DNA of 63,937 bases, filler included, from 8 parts of 8 records of this genome joined end to end with filler, not necessarily neighbours in it; one strand, 5' to 3'. Numbered from the whole stretch's first letter, positions 18,358 to 29,948 are shown. Notes: generated by a model from the letters alone, not told the origin. Numbers and translations are program-made.

Positions 18358-19317
18358 ATGAAAGAGATTATAGCACCTTTAGCAAAGGAAAAGATTATTG
18401 CCGAACTTACTCCTGAAAAATTAATGAGGAGGACCAACAAAGGCGGCAACGAAATATACATTACAACGGCTCACGATTCGCCTGCGATTATGCATGAACT
18501 TGGACGCCTTCGTGAAATTACATTCAGAGACGCAGGTGGTGGAACAGGAAAAGAAACCGACATTGACAATTACGATACTCAAGAAAATCCGTACAAACAA
18601 CTAATTGTTTGGGATCCGGATGCACAAGAAATTCTTGGAGGTTACCGTTATATGCTTTGCGGCGAAGCACCTGTCGACGAAAATGGCGAAGTAAAAATGG
18701 CTACTTCACGAGTATTTCATTTTTCGAAAGACTTTGTTGACAACCACTTACCTTACACATTAGAACTGGGACGTTCTTTTGTACAGCCTGCCTACCAATC
18801 GAGCAAAGCAGGAGCCAAAGCTCTTTTTGCACTCGATAATTTATGGGACGGACTTGGTGCACTAACTGTCGATCATCCTGAAATAAAATACTTTTTCGGA
18901 AAAATTACAATGTACCAGCATTTCCACAACGAGGCACGTAACCTGATTCAGTATTTCTTTAAAAAATATTTCAGAGATAAAGACAATCTTGCATATCCGA
19001 AAACTCCGGTTGAATTCGACATTGATGTACCGGAAATGGAAAAACTTTTTATTGGCAAGGACTACAAGGAAGACTACAAAATTCTGGTACAGGCCGTGCG
19101 TAAATTTGGAGAGAACATTCCTCCGCTGATTAATGCATACATGAACTTGTCACCATCGATGAAAACCTTTGGCACCATTACCAACGAAAAATTTGGAAAT
19201 GTTCTTGAAACTGGAATTATTCTTACAATTAAGGATATATACGAAGTTAAAGTAGATCGCCACATTGAAACATATATAAAAGACAAGGAAGACGGAGAAT
19301 GGCCTACTCCAAAATAA
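18358..19317 (+). CDS. GNAT-family N-acyl amino acid synthase (GlsB/OlsB-type, often annotated hemolysin)
   Basis: ELGRLREITFRDAGGGTG, GGYR, LELGRSFVQPAYQ, IPPLINAYM; probable start is ATG at 18358. Confidence 0.85.
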   Translation: MKEIIAPLAKEKIIAELTPEKLMRRTNKGGNEIYITTAHDSPAIMHELGRLREITFRDAGGGTGKETDIDNYDTQENPYKQLIVWDPDAQEILGGYRYMLCGEAPVDENGEVKMATSRVFHFSKDFVDNHLPYTLELGRSFVQPAYQSSKAGAKALFALDNLWDGLGALTVDHPEIKYFFGKITMYQHFHNEARNLIQYFFKKYFRDKDNLAYPKTPVEFDIDVPEMEKLFIGKDYKEDYKILVQAVRKFGENIPPLINAYMNLSPSMKTFGTITNEKFGNVLETGIILTIKDIYEVKVDRHIETYIKDKEDGEWPTPK

Positions 19318-19321
19318 ACTC

Positions 19322-20014
19322 ATGAATTTCTATTCGAAATACGAAAAAATTCGCGTTGCTGTTGACTCCATTATTTTTGGATTTAACGAAAACGAACACG
19401 AGCTAAAACTTCTTTTACTTAAACGTAATTTCGAACCTGCCAAGGGAGAATGGTCATTAATGGGAGGATTTGTAAGCCCGGAAGAAAGCCTTGACAATGC
19501 TGCACAAAGAATTGTTTTGCAACTAACCGGACTAAGCAATGTTTACATGGAGCAGCTTTATGCTTTTGGTGAACTGAATCGCGATCCGGGCGACCGGATA
19601 ATTTCGGTTTCGTATGTTTCGCTCATAAAAATAAATGAACACGACAGAGAACTGGCAAAAGAGAATGGTGCATCATGGTTTTCATTATCCGAAATTCCGG
19701 AGTTAATTTTCGACCACAGCAAAATGGTGCAGAAAGCACTTCGCAAACTGCGTATTAGAGCACGCACCCAGCCAATTGGTTTCGAACTACTCCCCGATAA
19801 ATTTACAATTCCCCAAATTCAGCGGCTTTACGAAGCCATTTATCAGAAGCCTTTCGACAAACGCAATTTCAGACGAAAACTCTTGTCGATGGATTTACTG
19901 GAACGCCTCAACGAAAAAGAAAAAGAGACATCGAAAAAAGGAGCATATTACTACCGCTTCAACAAAATAAAATACGAATCTCTACTTCAAAAAGGAATTA
20001 ATTTCGAATTATAA
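19322..20014 (+). CDS. NrtR-family NUDIX-wHTH transcriptional regulator
   Basis: WSLMGGFV degenerate Nudix box, RDP, LIFDH, DKRNFRRK wHTH. Confidence 0.85.
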   Translation: MNFYSKYEKIRVAVDSIIFGFNENEHELKLLLLKRNFEPAKGEWSLMGGFVSPEESLDNAAQRIVLQLTGLSNVYMEQLYAFGELNRDPGDRIISVSYVSLIKINEHDRELAKENGASWFSLSEIPELIFDHSKMVQKALRKLRIRARTQPIGFELLPDKFTIPQIQRLYEAIYQKPFDKRNFRRKLLSMDLLERLNEKEKETSKKGAYYYRFNKIKYESLLQKGINFEL

Positions 20015-20476
20015 CAAGCACGAAGCTTAACGCCTTCACAATAAAAAAAAAGACCGGTTTTGTATAAATATTTATANNNNNNNNNNNNNNNNNNNNNNNN
20101 NNNNNNNNNNNNNNNNNNNNTTAATTAATTAANNNNNNNNNNNNNNNNNNNNNNNNNNNNNNNNNNNNNNNNNNNNCACCTCGTTGGTTGATGGCCTCGC
20201 ACCGCCCATTCCAAGGGCCGCATGAAGCCATCCTTGGGGCTTGACTGTCGCCATCCAGGCACCAGACACCCTTTCCATGGGCACCGCGAGTCCATTGTGT
20301 TGAACAGTTACGAGGCTTTTTTCTGAAAAAGTCCATTTTTTAAAAATATAAACCCAAAAAGCACAAGATTAAACTATTTTTTGTTGTGGTCCCACTATAG
20401 CCGGACAATGGCTGGTTTGACACCTGCTGTATTTTCGGATTAATATTTCGGAACCATTGTCCCGAACAGGTGTTTT

Positions 20477-21895
20477 ATGAAAAAAATTTTACAATTTCTG
20501 ATCTGTTTAAATATTATTTTTTTTGTGATTTATTCCTTGGGCGGCTGTCAACAGGGGGCCTCCCGGGAGGAATCCGCAACAGCACTTGAGAAGCCTGCGG
20601 TTGAACCGCAAAAAGAACTTCTGAAAACCCAGAAAGCTTTCGTAGATGTTTCCCAGAGGGTTATTCCGGCTGTTGTTAATATTCGGGCCGTGCAAAAAGC
20701 AAAAACCGATAAGTTCGGAATGCTGTTTGATAAGTTTTTCCGGGACATGTTTAAAGATCGGTTCCCACGGCCGGAACGGCAGGAACAGAGCCTCGGGTCC
20801 GGATTCATCATCAGTAAAGAAGGTTTTATTCTGACCAATGCTCACGTTATTCAGGGTGCCGAAGAGATCAAGATCAAGCTGGACAAAGGGAAAATATACA
20901 GCGGAAAAGTGGTTGGCTTCGATACGCGTACCGATGTGGCTGTTCTGAAAATTGAAACGGACGGAAACCTTCCGCTTCCGGTTGCTTTTGGAGATTCTGA
21001 CCGAATACAGGTTGGACAGTGGGCTCTCGCTATCGGCAATCCTTTTGGTTTGGAAGGGACTTTGACCGTTGGCGTTATTTCAGCCACCAAGCGATCCAAT
21101 ATGGGTATCGAGGAATACGAAGATTTCATCCAGACCGATGCATCCATCAATCCCGGCAACTCAGGAGGACCTCTGGTCAATATTTATGGTGAGGTCGTCG
21201 GTATCAATACGGCCATTGTCGCGACCGGACAGGGGATCGGCTTTGCGATTCCCATCAACCTGGCCCGCCTCATAGCGGATCAGCTGATTGCCAACGGGAA
21301 AGTGGAGCGAGGCTGGCTCGGTGTAAGGATTCAGGCACTGAAGTTGGATCTGGCGCGTTCCTTCGGGTTGGAAAACACTCGGGGTGTTCTGATCAGCGGC
21401 ATTCTTCCCGATTCTCCTGCTGAAAAAGGAGAACTGAAAAGGGGAGATATTATTCTTTCCATTGACGATAAACCCGTTGCGGGTGTCGGAGAATTCAAGC
21501 TTCTGGTAGCTAATATTCCTGCGGGGAAAGAGGTTGACCTGGTTCTTTGGCGGCAAAGGGAGAAGAAAACCCTCAATGTGAAAATTTCGAGCCGCGGAGA
21601 GTCCAGTGAGGTGCGGGAGTTATCCTCTCTGAAAAGCTCTCGCCTGGGGATGATTTTAATCCCCAACGAAAAAGGGCCGGGGCTGGTTGTCAAGGAAATC
21701 GACCCCAAAGGGTCCGCGGCTTCTTTCGGTGTTCGCGCTGGAGATATTTTACTTGCTTTGAATAAGAAAAAACTTGAAACAGTAGAGGATCTAGAGAAAA
21801 TCCTTGGAAAAATCGGTGACTCTGATACTATTCTCTTGCTCCTTAGAAGAGGAAGGACCACCCTGTATCTGGCCTTTCCAGCGGGCAAGCCTTAA
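20477..21895 (+). CDS. DegP/DegQ (Do-family) serine protease with two PDZ domains
   Basis: TNAHV, DVAV, IQTDASINPGNSGGPL. Confidence 0.93.
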   Translation: MKKILQFLICLNIIFFVIYSLGGCQQGASREESATALEKPAVEPQKELLKTQKAFVDVSQRVIPAVVNIRAVQKAKTDKFGMLFDKFFRDMFKDRFPRPERQEQSLGSGFIISKEGFILTNAHVIQGAEEIKIKLDKGKIYSGKVVGFDTRTDVAVLKIETDGNLPLPVAFGDSDRIQVGQWALAIGNPFGLEGTLTVGVISATKRSNMGIEEYEDFIQTDASINPGNSGGPLVNIYGEVVGINTAIVATGQGIGFAIPINLARLIADQLIANGKVERGWLGVRIQALKLDLARSFGLENTRGVLISGILPDSPAEKGELKRGDIILSIDDKPVAGVGEFKLLVANIPAGKEVDLVLWRQREKKTLNVKISSRGESSEVRELSSLKSSRLGMILIPNEKGPGLVVKEIDPKGSAASFGVRAGDILLALNKKKLETVEDLEKILGKIGDSDTILLLLRRGRTTLYLAFPAGKP

Positions 21896-21960
21896 TTAAT
21901 CGGTATGTAAATTGAATGGGAAACTGCCATTGTTAAATATCCCATTTTTTTGGAGGTTGT

Positions 21961-22230
21961 ATGGCTAGGCTTGTGAATAACCCTGAACTCGCTTTCCGGT
22001 TGGCGAGAGCGATTGTTTCCGACATTGCCCTTTACAATCAGGATAAAGTGCAGGAAGGGATAAAAAAAGACTGTATCTTTGACCTCTTAAGTGAAGAGCT
22101 GGCGGAAGGCCGTGAGCATTTTTTCAATAGGGTTTCTACTGACATTCCCGACCGTGACCATTTGTACGATCGAGCCATTGTGGATGTAATGATCAAGCAG
22201 GCGGGGATTATTGAGAGTCCTATCTGGTAG
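21961..22230 (+). CDS. Hypothetical protein (89 aa)
   Basis: GGAGG SD; RLARAIVSDIALYN motif. Confidence 0.7.
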   Translation: MARLVNNPELAFRLARAIVSDIALYNQDKVQEGIKKDCIFDLLSEELAEGREHFFNRVSTDIPDRDHLYDRAIVDVMIKQAGIIESPIW

Positions 22231-22233
22231 CGG

Positions 22234-23246
22234 ATGACCCAAAAGTGTCAATTTTTCTTCGAAGTGGGGCGTCTGCCGGAAAGGCTGGATTGCTTTCTTG
22301 CAGACTGTCTTCCGGAAATATCGCGATCACAGATAAAAAACTCATTGAGGACCAACTTGTTCAGATAAATGGACATCCAGCCAAAGCAGGGGAAAAGCTT
22401 AAAGGGGGCGAAAACCTTTTTGTCACCATTCCCGATCCTGTTCCCGCTGTCGCAGTTCCCGAACCCCTTTCTCTTAAAATTCTTTACGAAGACTCGCATC
22501 TAATTGTTATTGACAAACCGGCAGGAATGGTTGTACATCCTGCGCCAGGCCATCAGAGCGGGACTCTTGTCAATGCCCTCCTTTTTCATTGTCATGATCT
22601 GTCAGGCATTGGTGGTGAACTGCGGCCGGGAATCGTCCACCGCTTGGACAAGGATACCTCGGGTGTTCTTGTGGCCACCAAAAATGAAGTGACGCATAAT
22701 GCTCTTGCCCGCCAGTTTAAAGACCATACGGCCAAGAGGCGCTATATTGCGATTGTTCAGGGTTTTTTGCCTGGAAAAACCGGAACGATTGATCAACCGA
22801 TCGGACGTCACCCCAAAGAACGAAAAAAAATGGCCATTCTACCGGTTTCCGGGCGCCGGGCCGTCACCCACTGGGAAACTTTGCAGCTTTTTGAAGAGGA
22901 TCGCCTCTCCCTAGTCGAACTGAGGCTTGAAACAGGCCGAACGCATCAGATCAGGGTTCACCTTGCCAAAATGGGCCATCCCGTGGTTGGTGATCCGGTC
23001 TATGGGAACAGCGGTTGGATAAAGCAGATAGCGGATATTAAATTGCGGGGATTGCTTATGAATTTAAACAGGCAGGCTCTTCACGCCAGAATCCTTGGCT
23101 TTGAGCATCCCTCAAAAAATCAATTTCTGGAGTTTGAAAGTCCTATACCGGTGGATATGATGGCAATTCTGGAGTATCTTTTTAAAAAGCATGAGATGGA
23201 GCCTATCCGGTTTCTGCGTGGAATAAAATCACTGAGTCAATCATGA
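22234..23246 (+). CDS. rluD: RluA/RluD-family pseudouridine synthase; frameshift near 22335, true start ATG at 22234
   Basis: S4 motif RLDCFLADCLPEISRSQIK in the upstream frame; HRLDKDTSG; GRTHQIRVH. Confidence 0.9.
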
Positions 23247-24051
23247 GGTCTGCTGAGATGATATTAGCCCGAGAGGGGAAAATTACCTATCTTAAACCAG
23301 AGTGGGCCGATAAATTATCGCTTTGTGCGGGATTCAGCACCCGCAACGGCGGTGTAAGTCGCCCTCCGTTCAATTCATTGAACCTGGGATTCGGAACCGA
23401 GGATATTCGTCACAATGTTGAAGGGAATCGTTCCACCTTCTGTCGAGCTTTTAACTTGCCTCCTCAGAAGCTTATGACGGTGAACCAGGTTCATGGCACT
23501 GATATCCTGGTTGTCGATGAGCCCAACCCGGACCTAACCCACTTTTTGAGTCTTGAATGCGACGCCATTATCACCAACCAGCCTGGAATAATGCTTGGTA
23601 TTCTGGTTGCTGACTGCTATCCGGTTCTCTTTAGCGATCCCGTAAAAGGCGTCGTTGCAGCCGCCCATGTCGGCTGGCGTGGGGCGGCCGGAGGCATTAT
23701 CGCCAAAGTGATCAAGGCGTTTCTGGAGATATTTGGAAGTCGGCCAGCGGATCTGTTCTGTGCGATTGGGGCAGGTATCTCCGCAAAGTCTTACGAAGTG
23801 GATCGGGTCGTGCGTGATGGTTTTCAGGGAGGTGCGCAAACCTGGAGCAAAATTGCCTCAGAAGCGACTTTCGGCCACTGGAATTTGGATATTGGGAAAA
23901 GTTGCAGCCTTCAGCTGGAGGAAGCAGGGGTTGCACTGGCCAACATCGTGAAAGCTGAGCACTGCACATTTCTGCATCGAGAGCTTTTTTCTCATATCGC
24001 CGCGACGGTGGTAACACGGGTCGGCAGATGGGTTTTATTATGATAAAATAA
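23243..24051 (+). CDS. pgeF: Peptidoglycan editing factor / purine nucleoside phosphorylase (YfiH family); frameshift at the 3' T-run
   Basis: STRNGGVS, SLNLG, QVHG, ADCYPV, HVGWRG; FSYRRDGGNTGRQ appears in the shifted frame. Confidence 0.9.
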
Positions 24052-24058
24052 TATTATT

Positions 24059-24859
24059 ATGAAAAAAATGACAAAAACAGGAAAAATCATAACATTGGGG
24101 AAGCGTTTGCTTCCCCGGTTTAGTTCTGCCCCTGACGCTAAGGTGCAACCTCGGGAAGATGAAACTGTTCCCAAAGGTGATATCTTGGAGCACTTGGCAA
24201 AAAAATCAGATAGGGGAAGATTGCTGGCCGTGGGAGATATTCACGGCTGTCTGGATCAACTAAAATGTCTGATGTCCCGTGTCAGGCCCAGGGAAAAAGA
24301 TCAGTTTGTCTTTTTGGGTGACTATGTCGATCGCGGGCCGGACAGTCGGGGGGTAATCGATTTTCTCATCGATTTTCGCACGCGTTTCCCGTCCACGGTC
24401 TTTTTGAAGGGCAATCATGAACAAATGTTTCTGGACTACCTGGAGGGAAAAAATACGTTATTGTTTATGACTAACGGTGGTTGGGAAACGCTGAAAAGTT
24501 ACGAAACCGAGGCTGGAATCAAAGTTGTGCCGGAACATATGGCTTTTCTTGAAAGTCTCAAGCTTTATTACGAGCAGGAGTCCTTTGTTTTTGTTCATGC
24601 CGGGTTACGCCCGGGAGTTGCTTTGGAGGACCATGATGAACAGGATTTTCTCTGGATACGGGGAGATTTTCTGGATTCTGGTTATGAATTCGAAAAAACA
24701 GTGGTTTTTGGCCATACTCCCCTGCCCAACCCTCTGCTGAAGCAGGGGAAAATAGGCTTGGATACAGGTGCGGTCTACGGTCGCTATCTAACTTGCTGCG
24801 ATGTCCGATGCCGCTATTTCTGGGATTCCAGAGACTGCGAAGAAGAGGAGCTAGTTTGA
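24059..24859 (+). CDS. Metallophosphoesterase (PPP/PrpA-like)
   Basis: GDIHG, GDYVDRG, GNHE, HAG, GHT, DTG. Confidence 0.92.
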   Translation: MKKMTKTGKIITLGKRLLPRFSSAPDAKVQPREDETVPKGDILEHLAKKSDRGRLLAVGDIHGCLDQLKCLMSRVRPREKDQFVFLGDYVDRGPDSRGVIDFLIDFRTRFPSTVFLKGNHEQMFLDYLEGKNTLLFMTNGGWETLKSYETEAGIKVVPEHMAFLESLKLYYEQESFVFVHAGLRPGVALEDHDEQDFLWIRGDFLDSGYEFEKTVVFGHTPLPNPLLKQGKIGLDTGAVYGRYLTCCDVRCRYFWDSRDCEEEELV

Positions 24860-26082
24860 TCTTTTCACTTTTTCCCTGCGTAGCAGATCGCCTGTCCGGA
24901 GGTGAGGGGTCGGTTCAATTTGGACCAGATCGTTGGGTTGGGCTACCTCAAGCAGTTTTCCATCAGGTGTGCGAATCTCGGAAGCCTGAAACGCAGTCCG
25001 TTGCATGCGAGGCGAAACCGTTTCAAGGGTTTCACTCGGGAAAAATCGGTTGCGAACCTGGATAAGGGTCTGGCTCGGTGTGGATTGGACGACAACCCCG
25101 ATAAAATCATGGGTGCGGATATAATTTGAATTTTGTGGCTGAATCTGCTGATTTTCAGTTGAAAACAGAAATCCCGTTCCATAGGGGCGGTGGCTGATTT
25201 TTTCCAGCTCTTTTTCCAGAGCGGGTCGGGGCGGTAATCCTGGGGATCTGAAAAATATATATCCAAGGCATTTCGGTAGACACTGGTGACCACCGCAAGG
25301 TAATAACGGCTTTTCATTCGCCCTTCGATTTTCAGGCTGTCAACTCCGGCGGATATGAGTTCGGGAAGGTGTTCGATCAGGCACAGGTCCCTGCTGTTCA
25401 TAATATAGGTGCCGCTTTCGTCCTCCTCCAGCGGCAAGTATTCTCCAGGGCGGGTTTCTTCAACCAATGCATAATTCCAGCGACATGGCTGGGTACAGGC
25501 CCCCTGGTTGGCGCTACGGCCGGTGAGTGCCGCGGATAGCAGGCAGCGTCCGGAATAAGCGACACACATGGCTCCGTGCACAAAAACTTCCAGTTCGACA
25601 GCGGAAGAGGATCGGATGTGGCGAATTTCATCCAGGCTCAACTCTCTGGCAAGGTTGACCCGGCTGACTCCCACCTTTTGCCAGAAATTAACTGCCGCTG
25701 TATTTGTTGTGTTGGTCTGTGTTGAAAGATGGAGGGGCCGGTCGGGATCACTATCACGGATCAGCTCCAGGATTCCAGGGTCGGAAACAATATAGGCATC
25801 CATATCAAGGGGGATCATATCCCGGAGGAAATGGCGAAAAGCTTCGGTGTCTTCCTGCCGCAGGTAGGCATTCAGGGTCAAATAAAGCTTTTTGTCGTTT
25901 TTACGTGTCACATCCCGGGCTCGGGCCAGGTCTTTCAGGGAGAAGTTTCCGGCTGCGGCGCGAAGGCTGAATTGTTCTCCGCCAACATAAACGGCATCCG
26001 CACCGAAATGAAGGGCGGTATCCAGTTTTTCCAAGTCGCCGGCCGGTGCCAGCAATTCCGGTATTCTTATCATTTTATCCAT
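24851..26082 (-). CDS. U32-family peptidase (TrhP-like); frameshift near 25210
   Basis: PELLAPAG, HGAMCVAYSGRC, NQGACTQPCR, KIEGRMK; ELEKISHRPY continues in the other frame to TAG at 24851. Confidence 0.88.
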
Positions 26083-26438
26083 CGAACTCTGTCGGTTTAA
26101 GAAATTTTCCCAAGGTATACTCGGGCCCAAGGGCGATGAAAAGTCGCCTTGTTGAAAAAAGGATGTTGGTATTTTAATTGCTCTTAAGATTTATGTTAAT
26201 TATGCTAGGAGTCTGTCGGACCTGGAGGCTTTGTAATGATGAATATGGGAAATCAAGGGCAGACTTCTGTAAACTTGAGAGCGAATAGCGGGATTATTGC
26301 TCGAAAGTTTGCGCAGATATGGCCCGATTTACCGGTTCCACAGTAGATTTAATCCTAAGTTTGATAGCTTCCTGAAATTTGACTGAAAATGGAAACGACT
26401 TTTTTGTTTTTTTCTAACCTGTCTGAAGGTAATAATCA

Positions 26439-27134
26439 ATGAGAATTCAGCAGCCCAATAGTGTATTCATTCGATTCATTGTTCTTTTTGGCTTAGGTCT
26501 TGCTTTTTCAGGGTGTGCAGTTCCTCAGTCTTCTCTAGATAAAAGAGGAGCAAGCAGTGATGTTCCCACTTTGCAAAAGAATTTGCAGGAACTTTCAGAG
26601 CAGGTTGAAAAAAACCGGAATAATCTGCTCCTGTTGGAAGCCAGAATACGGGACCATCAGCGGGTCATTGACAGTGTGGTTGCGAAAAAAGTCACCGAAA
26701 CGGCTCCAAAAGGCTTCGCAAGGGTTCTCGGCCGCGATGAACCGGGGGCAGAAGTTACTCCCACGTCGGTATACCTTGAGGCTTTTGGCGATTTTGCCGC
26801 GGGCCAATATGAAAGCGCTATCGGCAAGTTTAATACTTTCCTGGAAAAATTTCCGGATAATGACTACGCTGCCAATGCGCGATTCTGGCTCGGGGAGTGC
26901 TATTTTTCTTTAGAACAATTTGAGAAAGCTCTCGTGGAATTCAACCAGGTTGTCAATCTTTATCCTCGAAATGAAAAGGTACCTGAAGCATTGATGAAGA
27001 CCGTTCAGGTGTACCGAATATTGTACCAGGAAGAAAAAGCGGAAGAGGCTCTTCGTTTCCTTCTGAATCATTACCCGGAGAGTTCCGCGGCCCGGATGAT
27101 AACAGAGGAAAGTCTGAACTCGGATTACCAATAA
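26439..27134 (+). CDS. CpoB/YbgF-like TPR lipoprotein
   Basis: Lipobox FSGC, coiled coil, YAANARFWLGECYF TPR repeats. Confidence 0.82.
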   Translation: MRIQQPNSVFIRFIVLFGLGLAFSGCAVPQSSLDKRGASSDVPTLQKNLQELSEQVEKNRNNLLLLEARIRDHQRVIDSVVAKKVTETAPKGFARVLGRDEPGAEVTPTSVYLEAFGDFAAGQYESAIGKFNTFLEKFPDNDYAANARFWLGECYFSLEQFEKALVEFNQVVNLYPRNEKVPEALMKTVQVYRILYQEEKAEEALRFLLNHYPESSAARMITEESLNSDYQ

Positions 27135-27154
27135 ATGCATAGGATTGGAAGGTT

Positions 27155-28149
27155 ATGACTGCTAAGAGATTGATCGCAATATCGCTGGGTCTGGTGCTGG
27201 TTGGTTCCTGTTTTGCCATCGCAGGAAAAGCTGTTCCAAGAACTTATATCATCAAAAAAGGGGATACGCTCTGGGGCGTGTCGGAACGCTTTCTCAAGGA
27301 TCCGCAATACTGGCCGAACCTCTGGTCCTACAATGAATTTGTAACGAATCCGCATCTGATTTATCCGGGACAGAAAATAACCATTTTTGACGGCAGAAAG
27401 CTGGTTGTCGGCGAACAGAAGGGTGTCCCGGGAAAATCGCTGTATGAAGAAAAAATTGAACCGGGTGTTATTACCCTGAAAACCATGGGCGGTGCCGAAG
27501 GTTTTATCAGTTCAGGCGAACTGGAAACCAGTGGCACTCTGGTCGATGCCACGGATAACCGGATATTCCTGACCAAAGATGACACTGTGTTCCTGAAAAT
27601 GAAGGATATCGCTTCGGTGAAGATCGGAGATAAGTTTTCCATCTTCCGCAAAGGCAAGGAAGTCAAGCATCCTCAGTCCGGAAAAATGATGGGATATCAG
27701 ATCGTTGATGTGGGTGACGTGCAGATCCTTGAAATGAACGAGACGGTTGCGACGGCCCGGATTACCGATGCGACCCAGGAAATAGAACGTGGGGATGCAA
27801 TCGTGGCTCTGCGTTCGAAGGCTTTTGAGGTTGAAATGAAAAAGAGCAGTAAGTCCCTCTCCGGCTATGTCGTTTCTGCTGCCGGGGATCAGATCGCACT
27901 TGGCGATTATGACCTCCTTTACCTGGATATGGGCTCGGAGGATGGTTTGATGGCGGGGAATCTCGTTTATCTCTCTCGCGCAAGAAAAGTTACGGAAAGG
28001 GCTCTCTTAAAGAAGAGCTGCAATTGCCGGATATTCTTTTGGGTAGCGCGGTGGTCCTTGAAACCAGAGCTCACACCTCCTCTGCCTTGGTGTTGAAATC
28101 AAGGGAAAGCATCCACGTAGGAGACAACGTCTTTACCGTGAAGCATTGA
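27155..28149 (+). CDS. LysM peptidoglycan-binding protein; frameshift near 28005
   Basis: YIIKKGDTLWGVS...NPHLIYPGQ LysM; C-terminus continues in another frame to TGA at 28149. Confidence 0.85.
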
Positions 28150-28230
28150 TGAAAACGTAACTTACTATTTTCTGCTGAAAAGGGGTTGGAGAAAATCTTC
28201 AATCCCTTTTCAATTTTTTGGCTTGGTCCG

Positions 28231-29325
28231 ATGACTATCGAAGCGAACAGCGGCTGGTTGAGATTATATCTTTCCCCAGGCTTGGGACGATCCAGCCTCA
28301 TGAAACTCATGTCGGCTTTCGGTACCAGTGAGGCAGCTCTCAACGCCGATCCTGACGAGTGGTATACTCGGGCGGGTCTGCCCGCTTCCCTGAAAAACAA
28401 TCTTATCTCGGGAAAAGAAGCGGTTCTGGTTAATGCTCTGGAGGTTTTGGAAAAGATCGGAGCTGATCTGGTCGCCTTTCCGGACACGGAAAAATATCCT
28501 GCCTGGCTACGGGAAATTCATGATCCGCCGGCTTTACTCTTTGTTCGCGGGACATGCGAGATGCAGGACTGTTTTGCTGTTGTGGGGTCACGGCGTGCCT
28601 CTTCCTCGCTGCTTCGTTTTGCCCGCGAGCTTTGTTGCGACCTGGCCGGAAAAGGGTTGACCATTGTCAGCGGACTGGCCAGGGGAATTGACTCGGCGGC
28701 CCACCAAGGGGCTTTGGCTGCAAAAGGAAAAACCATTGCCGTTCTTGGCTGTGGAATTGACCATGTTTACCCGGCTGAGAACAGGGGCCTTTTTGAGCAG
28801 ATTTCCGAGCAGGGAATGATCATTTCCGAATACCCGCCGGGAGCTTTGCCCCTGGCTCATCATTTCCCGGCCCGCAACCGGATAATCAGCGGCTTAAGTC
28901 GGGGCGCTCTGATTGTCGAGGCCTCGGAGAAAAGCGGATCGCTGATTACGGCTGAATTTGCTTTGGAGCAGGGCCGGGAGGTTTTTGCAGTCCCGGGTTC
29001 TGTCGTTTCTTCCACCAGCCGCGGCGTCAACCACCTGCTTCGCGAGGGGGCGCATCTGGTGTCTGAATCGCGGGATATCCTGGAGGTTCTCTGGCCGGAA
29101 AAGGCGAAAATGGTTGCCGATAGAAAACGTCGTGAACTGCCATCCAATCTCAGTTCTCAGGAGTCGGCCATCCTTGGATTTCTCAATGAACAGCCCTTTA
29201 GTTTGGATGAAGTTGTCCAGAAAAGCGGCTTGACACCTAGTGAGGTTTCCGCTACGTTACTGCACTTGGAACTCGCAGGGTTTGTATCCCGACTTCCCGG
29301 CATGCAGTTTTTCAGAAATCAGTAG
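28231..29325 (+). CDS. dprA: DNA-processing protein A
   Basis: DPPALLFVRG, VVGSR, SGLARGIDSAAH, FPARNRIISGLS, GSLITA, C-terminal wHTH. Confidence 0.95.
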   Translation: MTIEANSGWLRLYLSPGLGRSSLMKLMSAFGTSEAALNADPDEWYTRAGLPASLKNNLISGKEAVLVNALEVLEKIGADLVAFPDTEKYPAWLREIHDPPALLFVRGTCEMQDCFAVVGSRRASSSLLRFARELCCDLAGKGLTIVSGLARGIDSAAHQGALAAKGKTIAVLGCGIDHVYPAENRGLFEQISEQGMIISEYPPGALPLAHHFPARNRIISGLSRGALIVEASEKSGSLITAEFALEQGREVFAVPGSVVSSTSRGVNHLLREGAHLVSESRDILEVLWPEKAKMVADRKRRELPSNLSSQESAILGFLNEQPFSLDEVVQKSGLTPSEVSATLLHLELAGFVSRLPGMQFFRNQ

Positions 29326-29353
29326 TAAGAAATTTGTTCAAATTGGAGGTTGT

Positions 29354-29827
29354 TTGAGAGATCGCGTATTGGCCATTGTGAATATTCTTGCCCAGTATGT
29401 GTTTGAAAAACGCGACCTGCTGAGCGAGGGAAATATCATTCAGGAGCTGTTGGAAACCGGGTTTGACCTGGAAGAAATAAATGCCGCTTTCCACTGGATT
29501 GAAAACCTCTCGATGGAAAATGCACAACCTGGGGAGGACAACCCTGAAACGGGAGAAGGTACAACCAGGGTTTTTACAGCTGGGGAAAAGCGGGCTCTTT
29601 CATTGGATGCTCAGGGGCTGCTGCTAAAAATGCGAACCATGGGAATGCTTTCCTGTGATGAAATGGAAGAAATTATCAGTCAGGTCATTTCTGTGGAGGA
29701 GGAGGGCATATCCTTGCAGGAATTGAAAGCGGTTGTTGCCCTGACCCTTTTTTCTCGCTCGCTGGACCAGTATGGAAGGGAACTTGAGTGTATACTAAGA
29801 GATGAATGGACCTTGCTTTATCATTGA
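29354..29827 (+). CDS. Smg/DUF494-family protein
   Basis: GGAGG SD then TTG; LLETGFDLEEINAAFHWI and RVFTAGE motifs; dprA-smg-topA synteny. Confidence 0.8.
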   Translation: MRDRVLAIVNILAQYVFEKRDLLSEGNIIQELLETGFDLEEINAAFHWIENLSMENAQPGEDNPETGEGTTRVFTAGEKRALSLDAQGLLLKMRTMGMLSCDEMEEIISQVISVEEEGISLQELKAVVALTLFSRSLDQYGRELECILRDEWTLLYH

Positions 29828-29836
29828 GCGGGGGAG

Positions 29837-29863
29837 GGCTGCAGAAGAGACTGCAGCCTTTTT
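29837..29863 (+). terminator. Intrinsic terminator-like hairpin
   Basis: GGCTGCAG-N6-CTGCAGCC followed by a T-run. Confidence 0.55.
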
Positions 29864-29948
29864 CGTTTAGGCTACATGACTCTGTTTTCTCATCAAGGAA
29901 AAACCTTTCGGGTAAAACGGCGAATATTTCTTGAAAAACGAGGTCTAA

